Source: Plasmodiophora brassicae (Eukaryota). From it: 64,000 bases of DNA. Under the pieces are notes generated by a model. That model made no database searches. It was not told the DNA's origin and was given only the letters and a program-made list of their open reading frames with translations. The position numbers were made by a program, and so were the translations under genes. Location of the stretch: positions 558,001 through 622,000 of the forward strand of contig CP145424.1 in NCBI GenBank assembly GCA_036867785.1, given 5' to 3'. This document shows, piece after piece, positions 34,822 to 48,080 of this stretch; positions within the stretch are counted from its first letter, which is position 1, and every line of letters begins with the position of its first letter.

Positions 34822-36678
34822 TCATTTCGGCACAGCTGCTCCAGCAGCCTGCAGCACCTGCGCTCTTAGGAACTTGAACCGCTTGATGCACTGCTGCTTG
34901 TCCTTGCCGGGAACAAGAGCGGCAATCGCCGACCACCTGTCGTGCTGGCTGGCAGGAACCTTTCTCAGCGCCGCCTCGAAGGCAGCGTGCTGGGGCTGGG
35001 TCCAATTATCGGAGCCCGCGGGAGCCTGCACAGCGTCTCGCTTGGCTTCCACACCGCCTGCGCTCCCTTTTGTGAGGCTCTTGGCCTTGGCGATGACTTC
35101 GTCCTGCGTCCGCCCTTTGACCATCTGCGTGATCTTGGTCCAGCGCTCCGGTGTACCGCCAGGGTACCTTGCGACACCTTTCGCGAGCAGGCCCAGTTCC
35201 TCAGTCGTCCATGGCAACGATCTGGCAGACGCATCATCATTTGCGTCCTCCGTCCTCGAATCTTCTTCCTGAACCACGGGTTCGCCATCAGCCTCAGGCT
35301 GCGAGCGCTCTGGCGACACCACGCGATTGAGGTTCGCGTCCGGGTACACTCGCGAGAGGTGCTCGCAGAGCACATTGACGCCATGCGCGGCGTCTTCGCT
35401 GGCAGCGGGATCGACGGCAGCGAGAAATTCGCTCAAAGCAGCGTTTTCCAGGCCAACGAACAGCTCGTCAAGGTCCCACGATCCCTGCGCCACGATGTCG
35501 GCGTAACGGTCGGAATTGATCGCCGCCCGGAGTTGCTTCCGCAACGTTCGTCCCAGTCGCTTCTCGTCCTGGGCGGCACGTTTGGCAGCAGCGGCCGCTT
35601 CCTTCGCCGCCTCCTCGGCCGCAGCGGCTTCCTGCTGACGTCGCTCCATCTCCTCTTGCTCACGAGCCTTCTCCTGCAATCGTTCCTGGTTGCGTTCAGC
35701 CTTCTTCGCCTTCTTCTGTTCCTTCTCGAGTTTTCGCTGCGCTTTCACTCGTGGGTCTGCGTAACGAAATGAAACGTCAGCTCACACGATAGGCCCTAGA
35801 CCGAACGACCCTACCGATTCTGAAAGCACGATCAACAAGACGTCGAACGCGCGCTGCTTCGGCCTTGTTGAGAGAGTTGGTCACCTTCTCATTCTGCTTC
35901 TCCATCCATCGACGTTCGTCTCGGTTCTCAGCAGAGGATGGGTCGTGCTCGCACTCGGATGAAAAGTCCCTCCACGATTTGAATCCGAACCAAAAGTCGT
36001 AGAACGCGTCGACCTCAGCGAAGGGCGTCGCGTGATCACCGAGAGACGGGCACGGCGTCACTTCGCTGAACCGAGTGTTACGAGCGAACACCGGACCGAA
36101 GACCTTGTAGAAATCGGCCGATGGAACATTCTCCGGAGGAATGCTGTCGTCAAATGGCAGCGTGGAATCGTAAACACGGCGACGCCTCGGGTCGGTCAGA
36201 GTGGTTTGAGCTGTGGGCCAGACTCAGCCAGCGTCTACAAATGAATAATCAACTAGGATACCTTCTTGAATCGCCTTGTAGATGTGCTCGGATTCCGGGT
36301 TCTTATCCGGGTGGTACATCAACGATACTTCTCGGTAGGCCTTCCGGATGTCGTCGACAGTGGCGTCAACGCCCAGATGCTCGAGATGAAGCAACGCATA
36401 GTAGTTCTTCAAGTCGACGTTCGACGAATGCCGTTTCTTCTTCTTGTGATGGTGCTTCTTCTTTGCCTACGTCGCTGTTAGGACGTGAATTTCGCAATGA
36501 ACAGCCGACCTACAGGCGCGTTCTCTGGTTGTTTTTCGGCGCGGTTCAGACCATGCAGCCTTTCATGATAAGCCCGCCCGGCGTGCTCGACCGCCTTCTT
36601 TTGCGGCGTGCAGCATGACGCGAACGTGATCGGCGTCTCGACGCGCTCCGCCCCGAACTCGATTAGGAGGATCGACAT
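34822..36678 (-). CDS. DNAJC2: Zuotin/DNAJC2 (J domain plus two SANT domains)
   Basis: NYYALL...YHPDKN, FYDFWFGFKSWRDF, RRWMEKQN, WTTEE...YPGGTPERW, RWSAIAALVPGK. Confidence 0.92.
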
Positions 36679-37209
36679 GATTTCGCCTTTGCAAGCCTGG
36701 GGCGCACCGACCTCAGTCAACAAAAAAGTCCGTGACGCACCCCGTGGCGGACTCCGCGGACGCCAACAACCGGATCGGGTTTATACCCACCGATCTCTCG
36801 GTAACCTAAGCTGCTGAGTGGTGAACCACCACGATCCTGCGGTCTGTGCCGCCTTGGAATAAAATGCTCGACATGCGACCATCTCGTACACAGATCGGAA
36901 AAATTCCGACAACGTGCATATCACGGCACGACATATGCGCTGCTTCAGTCTAGCAGGTCTGGAACACGGGGCGATGTATGCAGGAACAGCGTAGCAAAGC
37001 TCAGGAGGCTGAGGCATCAGCTTACGGTTTGACGTTTCGTCGGCCTGGAGCGGGTCAGACGTGATAACGTAGAAGTCCGCAGCCAAGTGCGGCCACTATT
37101 CATTGTCGTTGGTACGTGACGGGGTCAACGACTGGCTGTCGCGCAGCGGTAGGGCGATGCGGGATGTGTGTGCTGCGTCCCGTGTGCTGATGTGTGCGGC
37201 CGCAGTGCA

Positions 37210-37936
37210 ATGGCGAACAACGACTACGGCGCTATCCTCCTGAGAAATCAGCTGAAAGGTCGGGAACGTGCCTGATCGACGTGGCGACCGGCCTGATTCG
37301 TCCCTGTAGAGCTCATGAAGCACCCTGTCGACGGATTCTCGGTCGGCCTCGTCGATGATTCGAATGTATACGAATGGCAGGTCATGATTGAAGGCCCATC
37401 GGGCACTATGTTCGAAGGCGGATTGTTTCCGGCTCTTCTGAAATTCCCCACGACGTATCCCAACTGTATTTTCAGGACAGTATCTCGTGGATCTGCGTGT
37501 TGACGAGTTTGGTACAGCGCCACCGACCATGTACTTCCAGACACCCGGTTTCTGGCACCCGAACGTGTATCCTGGTGGGTTGCGTTTGATGTTTCTACTG
37601 TGCGATCGTCGCTGACCGTCCTGCTTTAGATGGGCGAGTTTGCATTTCGATCTTGCACGAAGCCAAGGAGGATTCCTTCAACGAGCAAGAACTGATGGAG
37701 GAGAAATGGCGACCTATTCTCGGCGTACCGTTTCACAGGACTCGTCATCAGCTGTTCCGTATTGACGTGTACGCGCATAGGTTGAGAGCATACTCGTGAG
37801 CGTCGTGTCCATGTTGTCCGACCCCAATCTGGAGAGCCCAGCCAACATTGACGCGTCCGTCAACCTGCAAAGAGATCCGGAGGGCTATCGCAAGCGCATC
37901 CGGAAGCTCGTACGCCAATCAACTGAAGTGCTGTGA
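37210..37936 (+). CDS. Ubiquitin-conjugating enzyme E2, UBC7/UBE2G type with acidic insertion
   Basis: GFSVGLVDD, FWHPNVYP|DGRVCISILH, acidic loop, SMLSDPNLESPANIDA. Confidence 0.92.
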
Positions 37937-38097
37937 AGGTCTGGCGGTCGAATCCAACTACTGATATCTTGCGTTCTCTGTGTCAAATGTCATCAACAAC
38001 GACCGTCAGCACTGTACATAGCAATTCTGCCTGGTAGTCGACAATATCACGTGCGTTGGTTTATAGCCGTACGAATGGATGCAATAGACCCTGCAAC

Positions 38098-38679
38098 CTA
38101 GGCAGCAGGTGTGTTGCCAGTAGCAGCTGACCTTGCGCGTTTGTTCGGTCGCTCAGAGCGCCCGGCGTCGATGCGAACCTTCAGGTCACGCAGCGGTTCC
38201 GTCAGCAGCGGCTGCACTCGCTGACGCCAGCGCGCCATCTTCTCGAACAGCCCCTTCATGGCCTTGTAGTCGTTCTTGGGGTCATATCTATCGATGACAC
38301 TCTGCCAGGTCTGCTCCACGGTTTGCCAGATCGCCTCGAGGTCCTCCTGGTCGCCCTCGCCGGACACGGACCATAACGCCGTCGTGATGCGCTCAAGGAT
38401 ACCGCTGCACTGGTCGCTAGCGCCGGCCGCCAGATACGCGTTGGCCCGGTCCAGCAAATCGCGCAGCGCATCCGTGTTCGAGACATCGACTTCAACGTCG
38501 TCATCCTCAATCGGCCGCCTCAGTTCGCTTCTCAGGACGTCCAGGCAGTCCTCGTGTTGCGCGATGCACTGCGCCAACACGACCTCGAGACGATCGCGCG
38601 ACAGCGGCGCCATCAGGACCGCCAAATCCACGTACGACTCCTCCGCAGCGTCAGTTACGGCGGCGTCGTTGCGCCCCAT
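38098..38679 (-). CDS. Hypothetical helical protein of 193 aa with a basic C-terminal motif
   Basis: Uninterrupted ATG-initiated ORF with protein-like composition; PNKRAR is a possible NLS. Confidence 0.55.
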   Translation of the reverse strand: MGRNDAAVTDAAEESYVDLAVLMAPLSRDRLEVVLAQCIAQHEDCLDVLRSELRRPIEDDDVEVDVSNTDALRDLLDRANAYLAAGASDQCSGILERITTALWSVSGEGDQEDLEAIWQTVEQTWQSVIDRYDPKNDYKAMKGLFEKMARWRQRVQPLLTEPLRDLKVRIDAGRSERPNKRARSAATGNTPAA

Positions 38680-39070
38680 GGCGGCTGCTGCGACTGCGCT
38701 GGTGCCTTCACCCCGTCACGCAATACTGCGCAAACGCCGTGACATGCCTCTCTGCCTTGGGCACTTACCGTCGGCAACTTCCCCAGCAAGGTCGCCATTT
38801 CGTCTCTCCTTTGGGCCGGATGCCCCAGATGTCGCTGCGAACGATTCCGCACGACGTGGTAGGTTTCCGGTCATCTGCGACGCTGCTACCTGCGTGATGT
38901 CGGGACACGGAACATTGCGAGGAACGTTCGCGGAAAAACGTGATGTTGGCTTGGCAAAGCCGACTCCGTCGACGGCCGACGTAATAGCGCGCATAAAATC
39001 ATTTTCCTCATCGCGTCACCGGTGGGCGGTTCGCGTCGGGAGCACACGCACGCACACGCGCGCGATCGAC

Positions 39071-41020
39071 ATGTCGGTTCCATTGACGTCGGGCAACGGC
39101 GCGCCAATCAGCGATGACAACAACTCGAAAACGGCCGGGTACGTGTGTATGTGCATGGTCGCGCGCGCGAACGTGCCTGACAGGCGTGTTGATTCAAGGC
39201 CGTACGGGCCGATCCTGCTTGAGGATTTCCACCTGGTCGACAAGCTGGCTCATTTCGATCGCGAGCGTATTCCCGAGCGAGTTGTGCATGCGAAAGGTGC
39301 CGGAGCGTTCGGGTACTTCGAGGTGACCCATGACATCACCAAGTACAGCAAGGCCAAACTGTTCAACAAGGTACGCGACGCTCAAGTCCCCAACGTTCCG
39401 TAAGCTGACTCATGAACGACGAGTAGGTTGGGAAACGCACTCCCGTTTTCCTTCGTTTCAGTACGGTCGGTGGCGAAAAGGGCTCGGCGGATGCCGCCCG
39501 CGACCCTCGTGAGTGTCGGAGTCACCTGCGTTTCCATGCAGCGGCTTACTCTCTGTCCAGGTGGGTTTGCACTGAAACATTACACCGAGGATGGTGTTTG
39601 GGACATGGTCGGGAACAACACGCCCGTATTCTTCATCCGCGACCCCACCAAGGTTCAACGCAACGGCAAGCGCTAGCGCCTCGATTCACTGACGACCTTG
39701 TTTCAGTTCCCCGATTTCATTCACACACAGAAGCGCCACCCGGCGACGAACTGCCCCGATCCCAACATGTTCTGGGACTTCTTAACGTAACGCCTTTGCT
39801 GTGTTCCTGTCGCGATCGCACTCAACTGAGTTGGTGCGGCGCAGGCTGACACCTGAATCCATTCACCAAGTTACCATCCTGATGTCGGACCGTGGCACTC
39901 CATACTCGTATCGTCACATGAACGGTACGGCATTCACGGGTCATTCCGATATCGTGACGATGACGTTTCGCAGGGTATTCATCGCATACGCTGAAGCTGG
40001 TCAATGCCAAGGACGAAGCTTTCTGGGTCAAATTCCACTACAAGACGGATGCTGGCGTCAAGGTATCCGCTTGTCGGTGCACTCGGTTGTGTTCAGTTCC
40101 CCACCCTGTCGTATAGACCTTCACGAACGAGGAAGCGGCGCAGGTTCGTGCCAAAGACCCTGATAACGCTACCCGCGATCTTTTCAACCACATCAAGTCT
40201 GGGAAGACGGCCACATGGTCCGTCTACATCCAGGTTATCCCCGAGAAGGAGGGCTACAACTACAAGTGGAACATTTTCGACGTGACCAAGGTCTGGCCGC
40301 ACAGCGACTACCCGTTGGTGCCCATCGGCAAGCTCGTTCTGAACCGCAACCCGCGCAACTACTTTGCCGAAGTCGAGCAGGCTGCCTTCAGCCCTGGACA
40401 CACTGTCCCTGGTATTGAGGTGTCTCTGGACCGCATGCTACAGGTGCGATGTCTGTACCCGCGTTCCTTCTGGGATTGTGCTCATCCTTTTGCTTCGGTA
40501 GGCGCGGGTGTTCTCTTACCCAGACACGCACCGCCATCGTCTCGGTGTCAACTACAAACAGATCCCGGTGAACTGCCCCTACGTGAGTGGAGTGAACCAC
40601 TACCAGCGTGACGGTACCATGGCTGTCAACGGCAACGGGGTTCGTTCATACCGAAAATCGTACGCTGTTGTGTTTGTACTCAACGTTCGAATACAGAATG
40701 ACGGGCCGAACTACTGGCCGAACTCTGTCCCTGGAGCCCCAGCTCCGGTTCCTGCCGCGGCACAACAGGCGTATCCGATCTCGGCGGCCAAAGCAGCGCG
40801 GTATCCTCAAACGCACCCGAACGATGATTTCGCGCAGGCGCGTGCGCTGTTCAAGAAGGTCATGTCGGAGCAGGAACGCACCAACCTCATCCACAACATT
40901 GTCGGCAACGTGTCCGGTGCGACTCCGGCGATTCAGAAGCGCGTCGTCGAGTACTTCAGCAAGTGCGACCCCGAGTACGGCCGCCGTGTGGCCGACGGTC
41001 TTCGCAAGGCCAGCCTCTAA
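39071..41020 (+). CDS. CAT: Monofunctional heme catalase, multi-exon
   Basis: [50 protein letters not shown]; ends RKASL* (PTS1-like). Confidence 0.96.
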
Positions 41021-41460
41021 CCCGTCCCATGTCGTTCCACCTTCGGCCAAAAGATATGTCATACACGTTCAGTGCGTCCTGCCCAGTCATAACGGCAACG
41101 TTCCAGATCGTTATATTCTATCCCATATGATCGCGGCACGACGTGTCGCTACCGTTGCCGCTGACGAACGCGCTTCGTTCCCTCGACGTGGCCAGTAACC
41201 CCGGGGGAGGCGGGGTCCTAGTCCTGGACACTGATCGCCGTTCGTCGAGAGGACCACCTGATAATTTCGATGTCCCGTGCGCCTTTCCACTGCCCAATCG
41301 TTTTCAGCAGCGCTCTCGTCGTCCACCTGCACTTCCCGTCGCCTCAGGCTGACCCGGCGAGCACCCGCATACAGTCCAGGCATGCGCCCGAAGAGAGCAC
41401 TCGCCGTCCGTCACACGAGCGGGTGCATTCGCTGTCCGGCACATGCACGCGCGTCTGCGG

Positions 41461-41481
41461 CAGCAGCAGCAGCAGCAGCAG
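41461..41481. repeat. (CAG)7 microsatellite upstream of the class C GPCR
   Basis: Seen directly. Confidence 0.9.
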
Positions 41482-41576
41482 CGGCGGCGCTCTGGATGGG
41501 ACGGACCCTGTGACGTCCGGCATGCATGCAAGACAGCTGCCCGGTCGAGGCGACCAGAACGAGGTCAGACGCGAAA

Positions 41577-44187
41577 ATGACGGCCTCGTTGGTCCTGTGC
41601 GCCCTGCTGGCGGGCGCGGCGACGGCCCTGGTCTGCGACCAGAACCCGTGCGTCACGGTCAACGGGCGGTGCTGCCCGACGTACCCGTGCAACGCCACGA
41701 TGCCGAACACGGTCGACGTGTCGTCCATCTTCCCGTTCGAGCTGTACGGGTTCCCCGAGATCGTCCGCCTCGCCGTCGACGAGATCAACAGCGACCCGGC
41801 CATGTTTCCCAACCAGACGTTTCGCGTGCGCTGGCAGAGCACCCGCTTGGGGAACCCAGGTCGGTACCCTGATCCGCGTATCGGGACGGCCGGGTGACGT
41901 TAACGTGGCGCGCGTGCGCGCACAGGGGCCACCGTCAACGCGTTCGCGTGCACAACGCTGTCGCCCACCTACCAGCCGATCGTCCAGCTTCTGATCGGCC
42001 CGGTCCTGTCGGCAGAGGGCGTCCAGGTCGCCCAGATCGCCGGCATGTGGGTGCCGCACGCCTGGTCATGGCGACGACGACGACTTGGGGACGAACTAAC
42101 CGTCCCGTCCCAGGATGAACGTGCCCGTCCTGTCTGGGACCGTCGCCGCCACCGGCATGTCCGACAAGACATTGTACCCGACGTTCAGCCGCATCCGGTC
42201 GACGAACGCGTATGGCGCCGTTTCGGCCGTCCAGTTCATCTCGTACTACGGCTGGGACCAGGTCGTTGTCATCTGCTCGCCCACCGACGCGTACAGCATC
42301 GAGTACCACGGTTTCGGTTGTTGGCCAGACAGGACCGCTGATGTACACCCGCGCGCGTAGGTTGGCCTCGACGCTCGTGTCGCTGGCACCCAGCAAGGGC
42401 ATCCACGTGGCGCTGAACCTGCAATTCAACTCGGCGGGCGGCGACGACCCGGCCGCCGTCCTGCAGCGCGTCGTCGACAGCAAGGTGCGCGTCCTGTTCG
42501 TCATGCTGACGCTGGCCGACTGGAACGTCCTGGTTCCTGTCGCCGCCCAGATGGGGCTGACCAGCGCCAGCTACGTCTGGATCGCCAGCTCCTACCAGTA
42601 CTACGTCAACATCCCGAACCTGCCCGTCGGCCTTATCGCCATCGGCGAGTACCTGAACACGTCCAGCCCGATGTACAAGAGCATCACCGCGAAATGGGCC
42701 GACGCGTACAAGGCGAACCCGAGCAACACGTTCGGCGTGCCGACGCTCGGCCTCGTCCCGATCCTGCACTACAACGTCATCAAGTTCGGCGCGCAGGTCC
42801 TGTCCAACCTGCAGAAGGGGGGCGTGCCCTGGACGCCGGCCAACATCATCCAGGCGATCCGCAACACGACCTGGCCGGGCATCGGCGGGACCGTCCGCCT
42901 GAAGAGCAACGGCGACTCGCCGAACAACGTCAACTTCGCCAACTACCAGGTCCTGCCCGACGGCACCAAGGCCTGGGCCGTTGTCGGCACCGTGTTCGAC
43001 GGGCAGCCGCTGAGGACCACGTCGGCGAAGGTCCAGTGGGGCATGGGACGCGACGGCGACAACGTGCCGATCGCCGCCCCGCAAACGCTGAGCACGCGCC
43101 TGGAGCCGTCGCCGGGCCTGACAACGACCATGGTCGCCCTGGCGTCCGTCGTCGTCGTCGTCGCCGTCCTCGTGCTGGCGTTCAACGTGTACTACCGCAG
43201 CAACCCGTACGTGAAGATGTCGACGCCGGCGATGAACAACGTCGTCGCCGTCGGCGTCGTCCTCTGCATGGCGTTCGTGTACCTGCTGGCGGCGGCGCCG
43301 ACCATCACGTCGCCGGCCCGGTTCGCCGTCAACTGCAACGCGCGCCTCGTCTGCCTCGCGCTCGGCTTCACGTTGTCGTTCGGCAGCCTGTTCATCAAGA
43401 CGTACCGGGTCGCCCAGGTGAGCGGGCAGTCGCACCCGACGTCGCTCGGTGCCCCGTATGACGTTGCCGCAGATCTTTGCCGGCAAGGTCATGCAGGTCG
43501 TCGTGATCACGCTGTCCGACCTGTTCAAGTACCTGTTCGCCCTGGTCGCCCTCGACGTCGTCTTCCTGGCCGTCTGGCTGGGCATGAGCCCGTACGCGAT
43601 GGAGACGATCGATCACGGCACGCAGGTCCGGCTCGCGCGGTCGGTTGTCCAACGCGTGCTGATCTAATGGATGCCCCCCCTGGGAGTAGGTCGACCCGAG
43701 CGACCCGGACACGTACCTCGACGTGTACACGGTGCACTGCTCGTCGTCGCAGGCGGGCGTGTTCTCCACCATCATGTACGCGTACAAGGCCGTCGTCATC
43801 CTGATCGCGGCGTTCACCGCGTTCCAGACGCGCAACGTGTCGATCCCGGCGCTGAACGACTCGCGCCAGATCGGCCTGTCGACGTACATCTCCGGCATCG
43901 TCGCCGTCATCGTCTACCCGATCGCCGGCCTGATCGACTACCGCCAGGCGAGCGCCCTGTTCGCGCTGACGTCCCTGGCGGTCATTGTGTCGGCGGGCGC
44001 CGTCCTGCTCATCGTGTTCGTCCCCAAGATCAAGGCCGTCTGCGATGGCACGGACAAGCACTTGACGTCGACGCCGCCGCCACTCGGCTTTCGGGCCGGG
44101 ACGCCGAACAAGAGGACGAGCGCGTCGCAGATGGCGGGCGCCGCTCCGCCGAAGCAGGCCAGCAACCCGGGCCAAACGCGATCCTGA
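41577..44187 (+). CDS. Class C (GABA-B-like) GPCR: signal peptide, Venus-flytrap domain, 7tm_3
   Basis: LAVDEIN, LIGPVLS, SDKTLYPTFSR, YVWI, YVKMSTPAMN, GFTLSFGSLFIKTYRV, TRNVSIPALNDSRQIG, VFVPKI. Confidence 0.9.
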
Positions 44188-44726
44188 CCACACGTCGGCG
44201 CGCTGCCTCGGCATCGATCGATCGCCCGTTTTCTGTTTCCAATGATACATGGGTTTCGCGATCGCCCCAGCGGGATGCAGGAACCTGTCTTTAGATCGAC
44301 AGCACGTGGAGCTTACCAATGCGCTCCAAGTGGGTCCCGATAACGGCGACCGGCTATGCAACGTACTGTACGCTGCATCTCAATATCCTTTATCGATCGG
44401 CTCCCACTTGAAGCGCCGGATCTTGGCCCGCGACGATACCGTTGGAACCTTCCCGGAACGTTCCACTGGAGTCACGGGACGAACGCCTGGCACGATGACC
44501 CGGAACTCGACGGCCGAGTGGGCTTGCCAGCAGACGCCAACGTCTGACAATTTGCCACGCGTCTTCGACAGTCCAGGACGTAACGGAACCGTTTGTACCG
44601 AAGGTTCATGGTGTTCGCGCGAATGTACCGGATGTGAACGGTGATAGATACTGCGGTGATCGGGGCAGCGGGCAATCTTTTGGTTCATTTTGGGGGGTGA
44701 CGTGTGATGAGACGGATTCAGCGCTG

Positions 44727-47700
44727 ATGGAGGGTTGCTTCGAGCTGGCCGTGCACCTGGCCTCGTTCCGCAATATCGACCTGTACCGCCAGGGCCTGTA
44801 CCGCTTCCGGGTCAGCTGCTACACGATCGACGCGGGCGGCGAACCGCTCCTGGCGCAGTTCGCCGACGCCAAGACCAGGAACACGGCCGTGCTGACGCTG
44901 GCGCTGCCGGTCGCCGCCAGGGCCATCCCGTTCCGGATACTGGAACCCACGCCTGTCAAGATCAACGATAATCTGTCGTTAGAGCAGTCGCGGTACGTCA
45001 GCTCGGATAGTCGAGGAGATGTCGGGGGTGACAGGCGGTCAGGCGCGCCCATGGACGGATCGACTCTAATGGCACATCCGCGTATACGCGAATGTTTCGC
45101 GTGCAGTACTGCGACCAGAGAGTCGAACTGAACGATACGCTATTGTTCCGGATCGAACTCGACGTCGTCCAGGTAAACCCAGGCGCTCTCTGCGACGCCT
45201 GTCGATCACAGTCGTAAATGATTGCTAGAAGCCAAACGTTTACCTGGACGTCGAAATGATGTGTTTCGATTTGAACGGGGCCCTGTACAGCGAGGAGATG
45301 GAGTTGCCGTCGCTGGACCACTTCGAGGTCGTCAGTCGGAAGATGCTACGACTGCCGAAAATGTTTCCGCATTCGCTTTGACGAGTCTGGGTGCGCGTCA
45401 GTGACACTCTTGCTGGCAGATATGATGGCCTGCGTGATTACTATCCATTGACGACGTCCGACCTGCACTTCGCCTGTGTTGAGATCATCCTGCATTCACT
45501 GTTGATCAACTTCCAGTTCAACCCGAAGAGGCAATATGCGCGTTGGACGCCGTTAATATGTTTATTCTGAATACGACTCTACAGTCGAATTGTGCCGGGG
45601 GCCACGCCTGCCGAAACCCGAACCGTACCCGTTGGGCCTCAAACGCTTTCCCGCGCGCTGTTCCCGCAGCTTATTCGGAGCACCTCTAGCCAATCTTTGT
45701 CTTCCACCGGTATGCGCCAAACCTTGAACACATCTGGGGACGTCCCACTGATTTCAGCCTGTGTAGAAGGACCATCGCAATCTCAAGTCTGGTACACCAT
45801 GTCAGCGCGTTGTTCCCGTTACTGATGATGCTGATTCAGGTTGAACACGACCTCGAGGACATCATCGCCCATGGAAGCGACGTCTATAGATTTTATATGC
45901 ACAGCCTTGTATCGGCGCATAACGATCTTTGTGACTGGTCTGCCGAATACAACGTCCACCTGACGAACGCAGGCAGGACCTTACTGCCATCTAACCCGCG
46001 CATGTCATTGTCGCGATCTGTATGGGCCAGCGTATGCTAGTACTTACCGTATCATAATCGCATGCTCCTCTCCGTAGGCTAAGAATGAAACCAGTGTCGT
46101 CCTTGAAGCAACCCCTAAAAGTCTAACAAGGAAGCTCTCCATTCCAGATCTGACCGCCTACGAAGCGACTTTCCGCGTCCGTCTGGGTCCTTTTCGCTCT
46201 CGGCATCGCCTGATTGTGGTTTAGGCAGACAAACCTGAGACGATATCTTGCGACAAAGCCGCTTGGCGCATAAGGCGCGACCTGAATGAAGTCGCGGCAC
46301 AGGTACTGTCTTGTTGGAAGTTAATCCCAAGCAGTGCGCTGATGCACGTCTGCAGATTTACCCTGTGTGGAACGCTTTCATTGAGAAACTTCCTTTCATC
46401 GCCGATGCTTTGATCCCGCACCTGTAAATGTCTCGAGGTACCTGTATTCTGCTTCTAACGTGCGTTGGTGTCGTAGGAAGAAGGCGTGGCACGATGCAGC
46501 ACTGGACAGGTGGGGAGCATGCATCTTTCGAGAGACGTTGAGTTATGATGCTCGATTTGATGTCGTTACGTCAGACAGGTATTTTTGTCGGACACTGCTT
46601 GGGACAACGACTGAGTCGTGGCACAGCTTCAGGACCAGGGCACGCATTTCTGACACAATCCGCGCATCGTCCTCGTTGCCGGTTATGTCCCAGGCTCCCA
46701 TTGAGGACCTAACGTTGCTAAGGTCCGCTAGCGAGCACGTCGTCGTGTTCAAGCAGATATTCCTTCCAGAAACGCCGCACAACGAACCTGCAAAGGTCTC
46801 GTCAATCGGACCTGACCTTCGACCAGCGGTTCGTTCAAGGGTGCATTGCTGCTTCTGTTCATCGTATCTGACGTCTTCTCTGTAGACAGTGCGGGACGTT
46901 ATTGTGTTTGTGCACGGGTATCAGGGCCGCAGTTCCGATCTGCGACTGTTTCGAAATACGCTTGCTGTCAAGGCACCGTGCTCGTTAATGCTTTCGTCGA
47001 CCGTTAATGAGGAGCGAACCGACGGTCCGATTGAGAACATGGGTAAACGTCTTGCTGCTGAAATAGCAGCGTTTCTGCAGGTAACAATGGTTTCCATGGG
47101 TTTGGACGCTGTACCTCATCAGGATGTGCGCTGTAGGTGAATATATGGTCGCGACCTCAACGAAAACTCGGCCGTGTGTCGTTTGTCTGCCACAGTCTGG
47201 GAGGGCTTATTGTCCGTTCCGCGCTGACCCAGCCGCAGATGATCGAGCTCCAGGCGCACTTCTACACCTTCTTTTCTCTTGGGTGTCCTCACCTGGGTTA
47301 CATTCATGGGTCGAGTCTGGTCTTCGATGCGGGTTCGAGTGGTGCTCGGGGTTTCAAACCGTAAACTGATCCGCTGTGCAACAGGGTTGTGGTTCATCCA
47401 GAAACTGTACAAGTCGGTTTCCCTGTCCCAAATGTCCATGACGGATGACCCCGGTGATGCTCGGCAGTCAATGCTATACAAGCTTAGCAAACAGCCTGGA
47501 CTGGAGTTCTTCAACAACGTTGTGCTTGTTTCGTCGCCCCAGGATCAATATGTCCCACATAATTCAGCGCGCTTGGAACTTACATCGGCGAGTGATAAAT
47601 GGGGTGAGGGGCGCACTGTGCAAATCGCCCATCGTTGTCCCTCACTGCTCCCGCAGGCACGCTCTGCAACGAGATGGCGCGCAATATTCTAGAACCGCTC

Positions 47701-47880
47701 CAGCACGTTTGCCTATTGCGATTCGACATTTCGTTCGTTAACGGCAAATGGAAAACGCTCGACCAAGTCATTGGCCGGGCAGCACACATTCTGTTCCTCG
47801 ATCAGCCTCTCTACATCCAAATGCTGACGCACGTCTACGGCTCATACTTCGTGCGGGAAGATGAACCGAAGACCGCCTAG
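44727..47880 (+). CDS. FAM135-like protein (N-terminal domain plus DUF676 lipase-like domain)
   Basis: FRNIDLYRQGLY, VFVHGYQG, SFVCHSLGGLIVR, SLGCPHLG, SPQDQYVP, IGRAAHI. Confidence 0.85.
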
Positions 47881-48080
47881 TCGATGACACGCTCACATGC
47901 TGGTTGGTATCCACACACGCGAATAATATAAGTGCATTATATTATATTCATAGGTATACATTAGCTCGGTTGTGGAAGCAGTCAAAGCTGCTTCGTCCCG
48001 ACAACGCAGTACCTACGCTTGAGCCAGCCATGGATTGAACGATGAGGATGCGAAATCGCCAAACACGAGCAACGTCAGTT

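Noticed and set aside
36781-37086. 101-aa minus-strand ORF between DNAJC2 and the E2 gene
   Set aside because: Lies in a divergent promoter region with no motif or other support
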